DNA of 64,000 bases from Antedon mediterranea (taxonomy: Eukaryota; Animalia; Echinodermata): assembly GCF_964355755.1 (NCBI RefSeq), contig NC_092673.1, forward strand, positions 30,563,648 to 30,627,647, read 5' to 3'. Below, in pieces: positions 26,201 to 38,700 of the stretch. The position numbers were made by a program, and so were the translations under genes. The stretch's first letter is position 1. Every line of letters starts with the position of its first letter. The notes below the pieces were generated by a model. That model was not told where the DNA came from. It saw only the letters and a program-made list of their open reading frames with translations, and made no database searches.

Positions 26201-27788
26201 AATCCAGCACTAATGTGTTTCTTGATCAATTAAGTGATTTTATATTATTTTTATCCAATAGGCCAGAACAGCCCAAAAACATGGTGCAGTTGGTGCCATT
26301 ATTATTGACAGAGATGAGAAGAGATCAGCAGATGACAAATACACATTCGCTATGTCTGGAGACGGAAGCCTTGATGTTGATATACCTGCAATATTTTTGT
26401 TTTACAAGGAAGCTGAAATATTACTAAATGCAATAATAGAATATCCACAGAAGGTGCTTGTTGCATTGGTTGATAAAGACACATCTGAATGTAAGTTGTG
26501 GTTATTTTACGGAAGTGACTATCGGCATGGTCCACCCTATGCATGTATTTCATTATTTTCTATCTGCGTGGTTGACTGTGCCAAAAGGTACACTGATTTA
26601 CATGCCCAGTGGAAAATTGTTTGTTAATAAAAATAACTGTTTCTATCAAAAGAAAGGATGTAAGTTGTGGTTATTTTACGGAAGTGACTATCGGCATGGT
26701 CCACCCTATGCATGTATTTCATTATTTTCTATCTGCGTGGTTGACTGTGCCAAAAGGTACACTGATTTACATGCCCAGTGGAAAATTGTTTGTTAATAAA
26801 AATAACTGTTTCTATCAAAAGAAAGGATGCAAGTTGTGGTTATTTTACGGAAGTGACTAACGACACAGTTGACCATGCCTATAGAAAAATTTTAATTACA
26901 TGCACGATAGACTGTGCCGATAGCCCCAGCTATTCATGTGGTTGTATACATTATATGATACTAATAGAAAGGAATTCTATAATGGCTCCATAAGATATTT
27001 TACACTGTAAAACACAACACAATAGGAATTAATAAAGTAACTTTCTAGTGTTCTGAATTCTGTTTGGGAGCTATACTATCGGTAACTCCTGCTGACAAAA
27101 CCAACTTTAAGAGATCACTGCTTCCTCATTACAGTTGAAATAATAATATTTTTTTGTTTTTTTTTTGTGTAAAATAGATGATATTGCACTTCTGAAGGGT
27201 GATTATTTGTTACGCATCAGTGAGGATGATTGTTCAAAGGAAGACAACACTGAACTTGGTAGATCACCAGAAGGGTTGGCATTAGATCCTGAAAGAGATG
27301 CTGAACTAGATAAAGCAGAGGATGCACCTGATGGCAAAAAGAATGATTATTTTCTATCAACCTATAGTCCTCAGTATTTACAGAAGATTTATGATATGAT
27401 GTTGGAGGAACTGAACAATGGATTAGAGAATGGGGCAGACTTGAATGAGCTTCAAAATGAACAGTTCAGCACACTACAGGAATTACTACCAAGCTCGGAA
27501 AAAGAGTTGAAAATTCTTCAGGACATTATAAAAGATATAATCCAACTAAAGAACATTCAGAACTCGCTTGTGACCGAGGCAGAAAAGGGTGAAACGACGG
27601 ACGGTGATTGGAAGGATGATATTAGAATTGATAATAATAAACAAAGGAAAAATGAAGAAGGAAAACGCACAGAACATTTACAAACGAACAAAAAGGAGAA
27701 CGAAAAAAATAGCGATCAAATACAAAATGACGAAGATAGATATTCCGATGATTTGAAGGAACAGACCAATAAGCATGAAGAGTTATGA
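14212..27788 (+). CDS. EDEM3: ER degradation-enhancing alpha-mannosidase-like protein 3 (GH47 plus PA domain), ~1012 aa, 20 exons
   Basis: Exons 14212-14420, 15837-15882, 16382-16482, 16868-17020, 17529-17682, 17937-18071, 18303-18408, 19201-19298, 19708-19833, 20371-20454, 21185-21268, 21730-21854, 22399-22567, 23085-23245, 23730-23868, 24230-24308, 25164-25273, 25919-26038, 26262-26490, 27178-27788 (3039 nt, in frame). Motifs [73 protein letters not shown]. Signal peptide and C-terminal HEEL. Confidence 0.96.
14563..15351. mobile_element. Non-autonomous DNA transposon with ~150-bp TIRs and 9-bp TSD (Mutator-like)
   Basis: CGCCGTGGCTAAAGATAC... (14563-~14710) is the near-perfect inverse of ~15205-15351. 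ATAATTAAT is directly repeated at 14554-14562 and 15352-15360. Confidence 0.85.
15460..15621 (-). mobile_element. Penelope-like element terminal fragment with minimal hammerhead ribozyme core
   Basis: Minus strand TGATGA-A-GGGC-tagtgtt-GCCC-GAAA-GC-TC followed by a T-rich tail ending cccacagcattgtcattttt, between (AT)n runs. Degenerate relative at ~26092-26200. Confidence 0.65.
16040..16328. mobile_element. Degenerate Tc1/mariner-pogo-like MITE (TA-CCGTA terminus)
   Basis: taccgtatatcgtctggtacaatcccac is an imperfect inverse of gtgggattataaccgaggatatata. Confidence 0.5.
17328..17480. mobile_element. Family-B MITE (AGCTCTGTCTACACTATCAAAC termini)
   Basis: Hairpin element with internal tgtgatgtgcccaaatatggtagtgatatgacatc core; about 16 copies in the window. 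Confidence 0.8.
18430..18559. mobile_element. Family-B MITE
   Basis: gctatgtctacactatcaaac...tttgatagtgtaggcagagct. Confidence 0.85.
19882..20170 (-). mobile_element. tRNA-headed SINE with Deu-type core and LINE-like tail
   Basis: Minus strand: A-box-like gagtggccgagc..tgg and B-box-like ggttcaaggc; core cttctcggataagg..taaaccgtaggtcc...taagaacccgg...gagtagggggttaccccggtgt resembles the recalled Deu domain; tail gggccctctgggagaca..actgaagtggcca..aaataaa. Confidence 0.7.
20478..20990 (-). mobile_element. CR1-group LINE 3' fragment, degenerate
   Basis: [25 protein letters not shown].., then [10 protein letters not shown] in another frame. gggtcaacc/ggttgaccc 3' hairpin and (tgaaa)n tail. Confidence 0.65.
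22064..22207. mobile_element. Family-B MITE
   Basis: Same core and degenerate termini. Confidence 0.8.
22836..23018. mobile_element. Harbinger-like MITE
   Basis: agaccaatatttacacagacgagcggtaacggtaa is the inverse of ttaccgttaccaatcgtctgcttaaattggcct. Confidence 0.6.
23366..23633. mobile_element. Harbinger-like MITE
   Basis: TIRs agaccccatttacactt / aagtgtaaatggggtct. Confidence 0.75.
24463..24655. mobile_element. MITE
   Basis: TIRs aagcctgttttcctgt / acaggaaaacaggctt. Confidence 0.7.
25535..25850 (-). mobile_element. L2 3' end joined to a Deu-SINE core fragment
   Basis: [38 protein letters not shown], tail tacagcgccatgag..ggcgctatataaat(tgat)n. 25782-25850 repeats the ccggggtaacccctactc core seen at 19968. 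Confidence 0.75.
26489..26858 (+). repeat. 169-bp tandem duplication (2.2 copies) starting at the EDEM3 exon-19 donor
   Basis: Units start at 26489, 26658 and 26827; the first two appear identical, the third has GT changed to GC. Confidence 0.92.
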
Positions 27789-28063
27789 TGTCGGCAATTT
27801 TTTTAAATTACCGGTCTTCCTCAAATTAAAATATTTGGTGTCATATTTTAAAATATAATTTGGTTTCAGAAAGGCACCAGATCAAATCATGTGTAACACC
27901 ATCTTTAATTTAATGTAGACTTATATTTAATTAGGCATAAATAATTATTCTTTCTCAGGGTTTTTGTTAAGGATCTAAAGAAAATAATGGAAACTGTTTG
28001 GTATGAAAGCATAGCATTGGAATGGCATAGACCGAACAAATTGAGAGAGCACAACCAAAACAG

Positions 28064-28525
28064 CAATATGACAGTCTCTGCCTTAACAAAAAATCTGCTT
28101 CCTATTTAAAATACAGCAGCACTAGTTTAATTGACATTGTCTTTATTGAAAGAATTGAATTTGTACAGGATTAAAAATAATACTTTCTAATATTAAAATA
28201 ATAATTTGGTTTTGTTTTCAATATTCATTTATCAAGTTAATAATTTAAAATTGTCATTGACATTATATTTATAAATAATGCTACTAGTAATTTACAATAT
28301 GACAGTCTCTGCCTTAACAAAAACTCTGCTTCCTATTTAAAATACAGCAGCACTAGTTTAATTGACATTGTCTTTATTGAAAGAATTGAATTTGTACAGG
28401 ATTAAAAATAATACTTTCTAATATTAAAATAATAATTTGGTTTTGTTTTCAATATTCATTTATCAAGTTAATAATTTAAAATTGTCATTGACATTATATT
28501 TATAAATAATGCTACTAGTAATTTA
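28064..28525 (+). repeat. 231-bp tandem duplication in the EDEM3 3' UTR region
   Basis: 28064-28294 versus 28295-28525; one substitution seen (aaaatctg/aaactctg). Confidence 0.9.
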
Positions 28526-30471
28526 CCAGTCTTATTTATGTATTATGTCTTCAGCATTGAGCCCCCGGCAATTGTGCTCATGAGTGGGCATAATGACCTT
28601 TCGACTTAATAATGTAGGCTAGTTGAACGTCATGGGGGAAAAAAATATATATAGTGTAGTAATGTACTGAACTACACTTAAGATACAGTATTCAAGAAAG
28701 TCAATTTGTTGTTTGTTTTTTCAGGCAAAGAAAAAATTTGCATAAATATAGTGTAAATAATTCTATTTTTAATCCCTTCCATAATACTGTATTGTGCTTC
28801 CCCCACCCAAGCACTACAAATACCACCATGTTGTCTATACTGTATTTAAATATTAAAATAAATATGTACAAATCTCTTCATTCTTGTATTTAAATAATTT
28901 GAATACTACCTCTGTATATTAACCTTTAAACTATTATTTTATTATATTAAACAATATAATCTTACCTTAGTATAATCTATACTGTATGAAAAGTTACTTT
29001 AGTATAATAATTATATATATGATATGCCAATGATCATGGTTGATGGAATTTTTGCATTGGAAAATCATGGTTGTATGCGTGCCTAGTATTGTATTACGTC
29101 AGTTTGGCCAAAAAAATGCTTAATGGTGGTAAGACAATTACATTCAGGGGTGGTAAATCCAATCTTGTCAAAATGAGGGCACTGATGAATTTCAGTACTG
29201 TATCGGTTCAAATGCATGTAAGGATGTATTCATGGCTTTGAGCAGGCACAGATTAATTGTTTAAACTGTACTACCCTAACAGAAAAACATATTTTATAGC
29301 ATTATTCTGTGCCATCTAGAAATGTAGTGTGCTTTTATGTATATGGTTATGATGTAAAAACTACAAATATTAATATTATTTTCTGTAGATTGTAGAAAAA
29401 CATATTTAAATAATTTGCATTATAATAATTTAGCCATGTATAAATATTATTATAACCATACTTTTCAGATACCTATTTAAAAAAAAAAAATAATTACAGA
29501 TTTGATTGAATAAGTAAGGTTGTGCAATTTGGATCTGAAATGGTGCAGAATTGTATATAATAATGTTTTGTTTTTTAAATAGATTTTTTAACACAAATTT
29601 AAAGTACTTTGTTTGAAATTGTGTTGGCAGTCATTTGAACTGTAAGGCTTGGTTCCCACTAAGAGACAACGAAAGGACGTAAGCACAATGCAATCCAATT
29701 ACTTGATTTGCAACCTTGTGGGAACCAAGCTTTAAGATAGAGTGGCAAAGAACATAGTTATGACTATAGTAAGTTTATTCTTGTAACAACTTACTTACTT
29801 TGAAATATTTTTTTATTTCTTGTAAAGCAACTTTTAATATTTAATAAGAAAGCATTAGTAGTAGGTTATTACATACTTATTTAAATGCAATAATCATGGT
29901 TATAATATTTTAATTTCAAAATTAATATTTTTGATTTATTTTCATGTTTTCCCTCTGTATTTTAAATTAAATGTCAAAATAAACTATCGTGGTTTGATAT
30001 TGTTTTGTTTCTTTTACCATTACGTATACTTTGCTAAAAAGTTCTACTCAAAAACGCAAAGAGCCAAGTGTAGTAGGAGGCTAGCCCACTCAACAGATGT
30101 GATGAGCTCCCATGAAATCAAAGAAATCCAACTAAAAAGTAAGTACAATCTTGCATAACAGTCGCTTAGTGGAAGCTTAGGCTAATAACTTTAGTCTGCA
30201 TATCGAAACACCATGGCCTACATAATTATATCTAGGCCTAGCAATGTAGTATTTTATAATAAACTGTTTATAATGTTAAAAAAGGTAAACAAAACAACTT
30301 ACAGCCACAACAAAAGTAACCTTTCAACTCTCCTCATTTTCATTGGTGAATGATTTGATCGTTTGACAATTTTATCGTCTGGTACTTTTTTTTCCTATGT
30401 ATTTGAAGTTGATTGGCCGAGGAAAAAAATTTATTAGGAAGCGTCTTTACCAATTTAGGAAATTTGAGGCG

Positions 30472-30652
30472 TTCTGAATATTTCCCGTGTGAAACTTTCT
30501 AAAGTTTTTGATCGTATGGGGGCGCTGACCTGGAAAATGACAATGTACACTAAAACCTTCTGGATATTTCCCGTGTGACAACTACTCAAGTTGTTTATCG
30601 TATGGGGGCGCTGCCTGGAAAATGACAATGTACACTAAAACCTTCTGAATAT
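30472..30652 (+). repeat. ~87-bp diverged tandem duplication
   Basis: ttctg.atatttcccgtgtga...tatgggggcgctg..ctggaaaatgacaatgtacactaaaacc occurs twice. Confidence 0.8.
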
Positions 30653-30869
30653 TTTTTCTTTGGCTGTTGGTTTCTACACCATATTTATTATTGATTTTAA
30701 CACTACTGTTTTTTTTTAATTTAATTAAAAATACAGAATGTTGTTTTCTTGTTTTTTAAGCACTTGATGTTAATATTGGCAATGTTTTCTTGTCAACTGT
30801 TCATATCTGAGTTGAGTTTTACAAGTAAGTTAACTGAATACATCTTCTTTACAACTGAAACCCATAACT

Positions 30870-30960
30870 TCAGTATCAGTATCGGTGTATATCTTTATTC
30901 ATCCCTCGGGGAAATTAACAAAAGAAGGAGGTGGATTACATCAGCTTACAATAAAAAGTA
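30870..30960 (-). mobile_element. Short LINE 3' tail remnant (Rex1/Babar-like)
   Basis: Minus strand aatttccccgagggatgAATAAAgata..(gatact)n resembles the recalled Rex1-type terminus. Confidence 0.45.
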
Positions 30961-31094
30961 CAAATTTACAACATCAAATATAAAATGTAAAAAATTATAC
31001 AATTTTAAGTTAATTAGTTAAATTTTCTCAAAAACAATTTTCAAAATTTTACAACTGAAAAATGTATTCTGAAAACCACTGCCTCTCTAAAAGT

Positions 31095-32605
31095 AAAACA
31101 CATTTCGTGCCAGCTTAGCTCAGAGTGGCATCAGGTACTCCTACTAGGAGAGGTTGACTGTACAAAAAACACATTTCGTGCCAGCTTAGCTCAGAGTGGC
31201 ATCAGGTACTCCTACTAGGAGAGGTTGACTGTACAAAAAACACATTTTGTTCCAGCTTAGCTCAGAGTGGCATCAGGTACTCCTACTAGGAGAGGTTGAC
31301 TGTACAAAAAACACATTTTGTGCCAGCTTAGCTCAGAGTGGCATCAGGTACTCCTACTAGGAGAGGTTGACTGTACAAAAAACACATTTTGTTCCAGCTT
31401 AGCTCAGAGTGGCATCAGGTACTCCTACTAGGAGAGGTTGACTGTACAAAAAACACATTTTGTTCCAGCTAAGCTCAGAGTGGCATCAGGTACTCCTACT
31501 AGGAGAGGTTGACTGTACAAAAAACACATTTTGTTCCAGCTAAGCTCAGAGTGGCATCAGGTACTCCTACTAGGAGAGGTTGACTGTACAAAAAACACAT
31601 TTTGTTCCAGCTTAGCTCAGAGTGGCATCAGGTACTCCTACTAGGAGAGGTTGACTGTACAAAAAACACATTTTGTTCCAGCTTAGCTCAGAGTGGCATC
31701 AGGTACTCCTACTAGGAGAGGTTGACTGTACAAAAAACACATTTTGTTCCAGCTAAGCTCAGAGTGGCATCAGGTACTCCTACTAGGAGAGGTTGACTGT
31801 ACAAAAAACATATTTTGTTCCAGCTTAGCTCAGAGTGGCATCAGGTACTCCTACTAGGAGAGGTTGACTGTACAAAAAACACATTTTGTTCCAGCTTAGC
31901 TCAGAGTGGCATCAGGTACTCCTACTAGGAGAGGTTGACTGTACAAAAAACACATTTTGTTCCAGCTAAGCTAAGAGTGGCATCAGGTACTCCTACTAGG
32001 AGAGGTTGACTGTACAAAAAACACATTTTGTTCCAGCTTAGCTCAGAGTGGCATCAGCTACTCCTACTAGGAGAGGTTGACTGTACAAAAAACACATTTT
32101 GTTCCAGCTTAGCTCAGAGTGGCATCAGCTACTCCTACTAGGAGAGGTTGACTGTACAAAAAACATATTTTGTTCCAGCTTAGCTCAGAGTGGCATCAGG
32201 TACTCCTACTAGGAGAGGTTGACTGTACAAAAAACACATTTTGTTCCAGCTTAGCTCAGAGTGGCATCAGCTACTCCTACTAGGAGAGGTTGACTGTACA
32301 AAAAACACATTTTGTGCCAGCTTAGCTCAGAGTGGCATCAGGTACTCCTACTAGGAGAGGTTGACTGTACAAAAAACACATTTTGTTCCAGCTTAGCTCA
32401 GAGTGGCATCAGGTACTCCTACTAGGAGAGGTTGACTGTACAAAAAACATATTTTGTTCCAGCTTAGCTCAGAGTGGCATCAGCTACTCCTACTAGGAGA
32501 GGTTGACTGTACAAAAAACACATTTTGTTCCAGCTTAGCTCAGAGTGGCATCAGCTACTCCTACTAGGAGTGGTTGACTGTACAAAAAACACATTTTGTG
32601 CCAGC
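31095..32605. repeat. 71-bp tandem array, ~21 copies
   Basis: Unit aaaaaacacattttgttccagcttagctcagagtggcatcaggtactcctactaggagaggttgactgtac with a few recurrent variant sites and no spacers. Confidence 0.97.
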
Positions 32606-32700
32606 CCAGAGTAGTGACTTCTATTTTGGGTCATTTCAAAGTGATGTTAGCTAGGGCATACTAGCTAGGAGAGTTGGGAGAGCTGTATTTTAAAAAGATG

Positions 32701-35700
32701 TCAGCTGTCTTTGGTGGAATGTACTCTTGGTAACAAGTCTGCTTCTGGAAATCCAAACACGAGTAGCAGCAACATCAACATACTGGTTAAAGGTAGTAGT
32801 ATCAACCACTTGACATCACGCTGCCACTGCATGTTGAACCTGTAAGACAATAGGGGTTCAGTTTAGCCAACAAGATTCAGTTTAGCCAACAAGATTCAGT
32901 TTAGTCAACAAGATTCAGTTTAGTCAACAAGATTCAGTTTAGTCAACAAGATTCAGTTTAGCCAACAAGATTGGCATAATGGTAAGATATCAATTAGACA
33001 AGATTTTAAAAGGCATGGGTTCAAACCTCTCTGTGCCATATTGATTGAATCCTTAGAAAGATGTTTTACTCTGATTGCCTCATTATAAGAAAAATGGTCT
33101 AATTTTACCTTGCAGTGAAGGTGGTTGTAATCTCTTGTGCAAACTCATTTGTAAGCCGTACAGTAACGATACCCTGAAGTGGGTTATGGGGGCATGGCAC
33201 TTTTAGCTGATGAACTCCTTTTGACGTTAAATTCACTTTGTCTCCCAGTTGATACCCACCAGTACTAATCTACAAATAAAACAAAACAAAATAGATAGAT
33301 AATTTTTTATTTTTGTTTATAACAAAATGTTATCGCATCAAAAAGTTAAACAATATAATCAACAGCATGACATAGGTCAGACATTTTTATTTTATTTTTA
33401 TTTAGATTGAATAAAATAAAAATAAAATAAAAAATTTACTTATTTAGTTTATTGATTATGTATAATTCATTTCTTCAATTTAAACATTTTGTACATTTTT
33501 TTTTAATGAGTACCGAAGAACTTCAAACCACTAGCTTAACTTCCTGTCTGAAAGATGCAGCAATGAGAAAAGCATTTTGTCATGGACATAAACAAGATGG
33601 CACAGACATGTCTCGAACTTATGACTTCTAACATGAATGTCTGATGCCTTACCATTGTGCCATCTCATCTCAATCTTACCGTAACATAATACGATTTCCA
33701 TTGATACTGCTCTGGCCTAGTATCTTCAATGTTGATGCTAATGTCAAATGTTGACCCAGTCACTTCTTTAAAATCTTCTTCAACAACAATCTGAAACTAA
33801 AAATGAAAATTGGAAATTAGATATAAAATCTGATATCCTCTGAGGGAATTATATTTGTGTGTGTCTCTATTTGGGGCCTGGTCATTATAAACTTTCCTAT
33901 AGGGAATTATAACGGTTTGGATTCAAGGTTTCTCTTTGTGTGAAATTAATAATTGAACCAAAAACTTACTTATATGAAGATATTATATAAAGCACTGCTA
34001 GGCGATTCTCAGTACTGTATCTAGTTCTGAAGTATCATAGGAATATTTGGTAATACAACATCACATATGTATCTAGTATTAGCCAAACCCTTAACCTAAC
34101 TTTACATGATACAGGCACCACATGTAATATAAATGAGATGCTGTATTACCAAATATTCCTATGATACTTCAGAAATAATTAGTATGTGTAGATACAGCAC
34201 CGGAATCAAGTGGGCACTGTGGTAGGAATACATTTTGTGTATTGTAACGTTTCACTGGTCTGTTTTGAGCAAATGATCAACAGATCTAGCTACTCAAGTT
34301 CCTCGCTGTTTATATGCAAGCAGTGCGAGTGGACAATCCATGTGATATATTTGTGAGTGACCGATCCCTGCAACGCATTTGCGAGTGACCGATCCCTGCT
34401 AGGCATTTGCAAGTGACCAATCAAAAACACTTTTTATGCTTCACTTACTTGGTTATTCCAAAAAGTAAATTGATTCAATGTTGGTGTTTCACTTCTCCAG
34501 TCAGTTATCACATTCACTTTGCCATCATTGTTGACAGCGAGGCAAATAATGGTACCATCTACGGTAGCTAACACAAGTTCTAGTCTTGAGTTGCTGTCTA
34601 TGAGATCTGCTGAAAGCACCTGTACTAAACTAGGCTCATCAAGGTCAATAACCTGGATACACTGCCACAACGATGACAATATGTAAAGTTTTCCATCGTA
34701 CCCTAAAACAATCTTGAATGGAAATAAAACAAACTTTAATTGATTAACTGATGTTTTGTCTTCCATATCATCAAAATCATCATATCAACAAAATGTCGGT
34801 AAAAATTAAATAATATCTATACTGTATATTACTAAACTGATATATTATATAGTTATTTATTTTTAAAGTCAACTCTCCAAATACCGGTTTTCCGGAAAGT
34901 CTGGTATTCGGAATGTGTTTTTAATGGTAAAAAGGAATTTGGGACCTTTTGGTTCTGAAGAAAAGTCTGGTATTGGGGAGTTTCTGGTTTTCAGAGAGAA
35001 TGGTATTGGGAGAGTTAACTCTATTATTATTTGTGTTTCATATACATCCAACAGCAAGTAACTAGACAGGATGGATAAACTATATTGTGCTTAAGTAGAA
35101 ACAGATGTGTGTTACAGCTCTGACACTACTGTAGGTCACGATTGAACCCTGGACCTTGGGATTGGGAAGGCAAGCACATCAACCACCATGCTACAGTAGC
35201 TTTACTCATATTTATTAAAGTGTAATGCTCTGTCAAACTAGTTTGACAAAAAAAAGTGTCATGTGCCCAAATATGGTAGTGATAATGCCCAAATATTGTA
35301 GTGGTATGACATCATCATGTCCATATATGGGCACATCACATTTTTTTGTCACATAAAGTTTGATAGTGTAGACAGAGCTTTAATAAAATTAATCGTACAA
35401 TATCAGTATTAGATACATCAGGTTGAAGATTTGTGATAAGGATGTTAGATGTAATGCGACCACCAAGCTGATGAGGCCATCCTTCAACAACAGCTCCAGA
35501 ATCACCATTAAAAGCCCACAAAGACCTGAAAATATGTCAAAATATAGTGTCTATGATGTGTGGATTAACTGGTCAATGTAACCATCTGAGATAGAGTAAA
35601 GCTCTGTCTACACTATCAAACTAGTTTGACAAAAAAGTGTGCCCAAATATGGTAGTGATATGACATCATGGTGTCCATATATGGGCACATCACATTTTTT

Positions 35701-38700
35701 GTCACATAAAGTTTGATAGTGTGGACAAAGCTTAACTGTTACTGGTAAGCTATTCCATATGAAAGAAAAAGACTTCAGAATCAAAGAAAAATCACAGTAC
35801 AAATAAATATTAAAAAGTAAAATATTGTTTTAAATTATTGTACACACCCATCATTAGATGCCACAATTACATGTAGTTTACCATCGCCATTAAGGTCAAC
35901 GACCCTTGACCCAGCTGACGAGGTTCCTGATAATTCAGCCTCCCAGACCACATCTCCAGCACTGTTCAAACACATGACATTTCCACTATTATCAATGATA
36001 ACCAGCTCCATACCACCACGCCCATCAAGGTTCTCAACGGTAATCTGTTAAAAGATATTTTGAAGCAAACTATTTTTTTCTACTTTTTTTTTTCTAAAAT
36101 ATAAATATATGTTCTATTTTGTTAAAGATGTGGAAAAAAATGAAACAAACAACAACAGATTTGAATGAATTATAGGAGTTTTCTTATAAAAGAGATTAAT
36201 AATACTGTATGTGCCTATCATATCTGAATTTTAAAGATGATATTATTGTATTACACCGGTATTGTTGAAAACATATATACAGTATGGCTATTGTCAACCT
36301 GTGTTGTACATAAGAAAAACTATGCCACAGTACTGTAAGTAATTGGCCACAGAGAGACTAGATTTTAAGTCACTGGGACAACAAGTCAGCAATGTAATAC
36401 ATATTACTCTATTACAATATCTTTGTTTATACAATATATTTTACTCTCAAAGATTAATTTTTAAAAACCATATTTCCTGTTTTTAAAAGTGTTAAGCTTT
36501 ACCTGACCATGAATGGTCCCAAATGACTTAGGAAAACCTGGTCGTATTTTACCATTACTGTCCAACACGATCAAATGTCCAGCTGAGGTACAAACAACAA
36601 TTTCCAAAGATCCTGAGTTACCATCTAAGTCAATAACGGTCGGTGTAAACAGCTGATACGCTGGAAATTCAGCCGATGTCTGAAAGAAATATATTTAGGC
36701 AGAAATCCAATTAAGCCTTGTCTACACACTACAGTATCAAACTTCATGTGACAAAAAAATATGATGTGCTCATATATGGATATGATGATGTCATATCAGT
36801 ACCATATTTTGGCATACCACTACCATATTTGGGTACATCACTTTTGTCAAAGTAGTTTGATAGTGTAGACAGAGCTTTACAGTCAAGTCAACTCTTACAA
36901 TATCAAACACCCTTTGGCTGGCCTAATAACGTACACTTACGCCATTTCAATTGCTCATAGCACAGTGGTCTTAGATGTTTCAATTCAATTATAATAAATA
37001 TTGACAATAAAAAAAGCAATGAATAACAAAAAAATGTTGTATATATATAATTAAAGTCTTCAAGTAATTCTGGTATTCCAAACAAAAATGTTAGGACCTT
37101 TCAATCACTGTACAAACCTTTGTCAACTCCAATGCTGTTTCAAATATTATTTCACCAGTAGCCAAATTAAACACCACAATACCATTGCTTAGATAATTTG
37201 CTATGTTTAAATCACCAAATCCAGAATTTTTCAATTCATTTTCCGGTAATCTGTAAAAAAAACCAAAGTAATAAAAATATCAAGTACCATGTTGTTTAGA
37301 GATCAAGATTTTAATTCAAACTTCAGGAGCTGCATTAGAGGTACAGTGGCGGATGGAGGATTTTGAAATAGCAGGCCTGAGGGCCTAAAAATGGTGAAAT
37401 GAAGGACTTTGATGTCTTATCTTTTGCATTACAATCTGCAAAATTTAGAGGGCCTGGGCAGGCTGACTACAGCTGGAATATGTATTAACATAGTTTACTG
37501 CAGTATAGAAATACTGTACTGCAGCAACTGGTTTACAAACTAACCTGTAGTCCTGTTTATCAAAGTAGTATGTAACCGGCAGAATAAGTTCTTCTCTTCT
37601 ACCGTCGTTGTTCAGATCGCATATGACTGGTGTTGCTAGAATGTGGGCGTCAATGCTGACATATTCACCATTATTAACGGCTCCCGATTTCTGGTTTATC
37701 CCACCTTCGTTTTGCTTTTCTGAATTCTATTTTTGTTTTATTAGAATATAAAGACATTAAACTGACCTCTAAGACAACGTTGCTATCATTTTGTCATTTT
37801 AGTGCCTTGTAATTAAGGAAATTCAAAAACATTTTACTCTCTGTGAAAACTATCATTTTTTTTTTTACTTATAATAAGCTATGGTTCAGAGATTCCCCCT
37901 TTCCATTCTTTTAATGGAAATAAAGCAAGAAAGAAAAAAATGTTTGTTTGTGGACTAGTTTGTACGATTTCGATCCATGTCGGCCCTAAACCGTCTTGGC
38001 CAAAGTCAAGTCGGCCCCAAGTCAAGTCGGCCTCAAGTCATCTCGGCCTCAAGTCGATGATTTCTCTCTCTCACCTTTTCAACTTTCCTTTATTCACGTT
38101 TAATAAAATTTCAAATTGCACAATTGAAAACAATTCGTAGCTGCGCTAGCTCCCTGCGCATTTGGCAGCTTTTTCGATATCTACAACTGCTACGTGTTTT
38201 CGCTGACCGGGGATTCCCCTTTTTTTAAAACGCAAATCATGGACAAAAACGATATATGTACGATCATTTTTTCTATGGCCAAATGGTGGAACGTAGGTAC
38301 GATTTACTAAAATGCGGTACCTGCACGTGTTTTTGTAACACGCGGGTACTTATATTCATATCGGAAATGAGTTCATTTTTTTATATTATTTAATTATATT
38401 CTATTTTTTATGTCTTCATTTTTTTTAAAGCGTGGATAGTAAGAATCATAATAATATTAAATACTTTTTGCGTTCCATATTTTATTGTGGCCAAGTTGAC
38501 CGATTAGTTTTTGGCCGAGTTGACGTGAGGCCGAGTTGACTTGAGGCCGAGTTGACTTGAGGCCGAGTTGACTTGGGGCCAACTAGACGTGGGGCCGACT
38601 TGACTTTGGCCGAGACGGTTTGGGGCCGACTTGACCTGCACCCGTTTGTACACACATTTTACACCATGCAATAAACCAACAATCATATTATCAATAAAAC

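Noticed and set aside
26458-26993. Repeated ORFs of 71-112 aa
   Set aside because: By-products of the 169-bp intronic tandem duplication.
31095-32605. CRISPR array
   Set aside because: Head-to-tail near-identical units with no unique spacers, no cas genes, eukaryotic context.
31095-32605. Tandem tRNA gene cluster (71-bp unit with A-box-like start)
   Set aside because: No D-stem partner, no TTC T loop or B box, no acceptor pairing.
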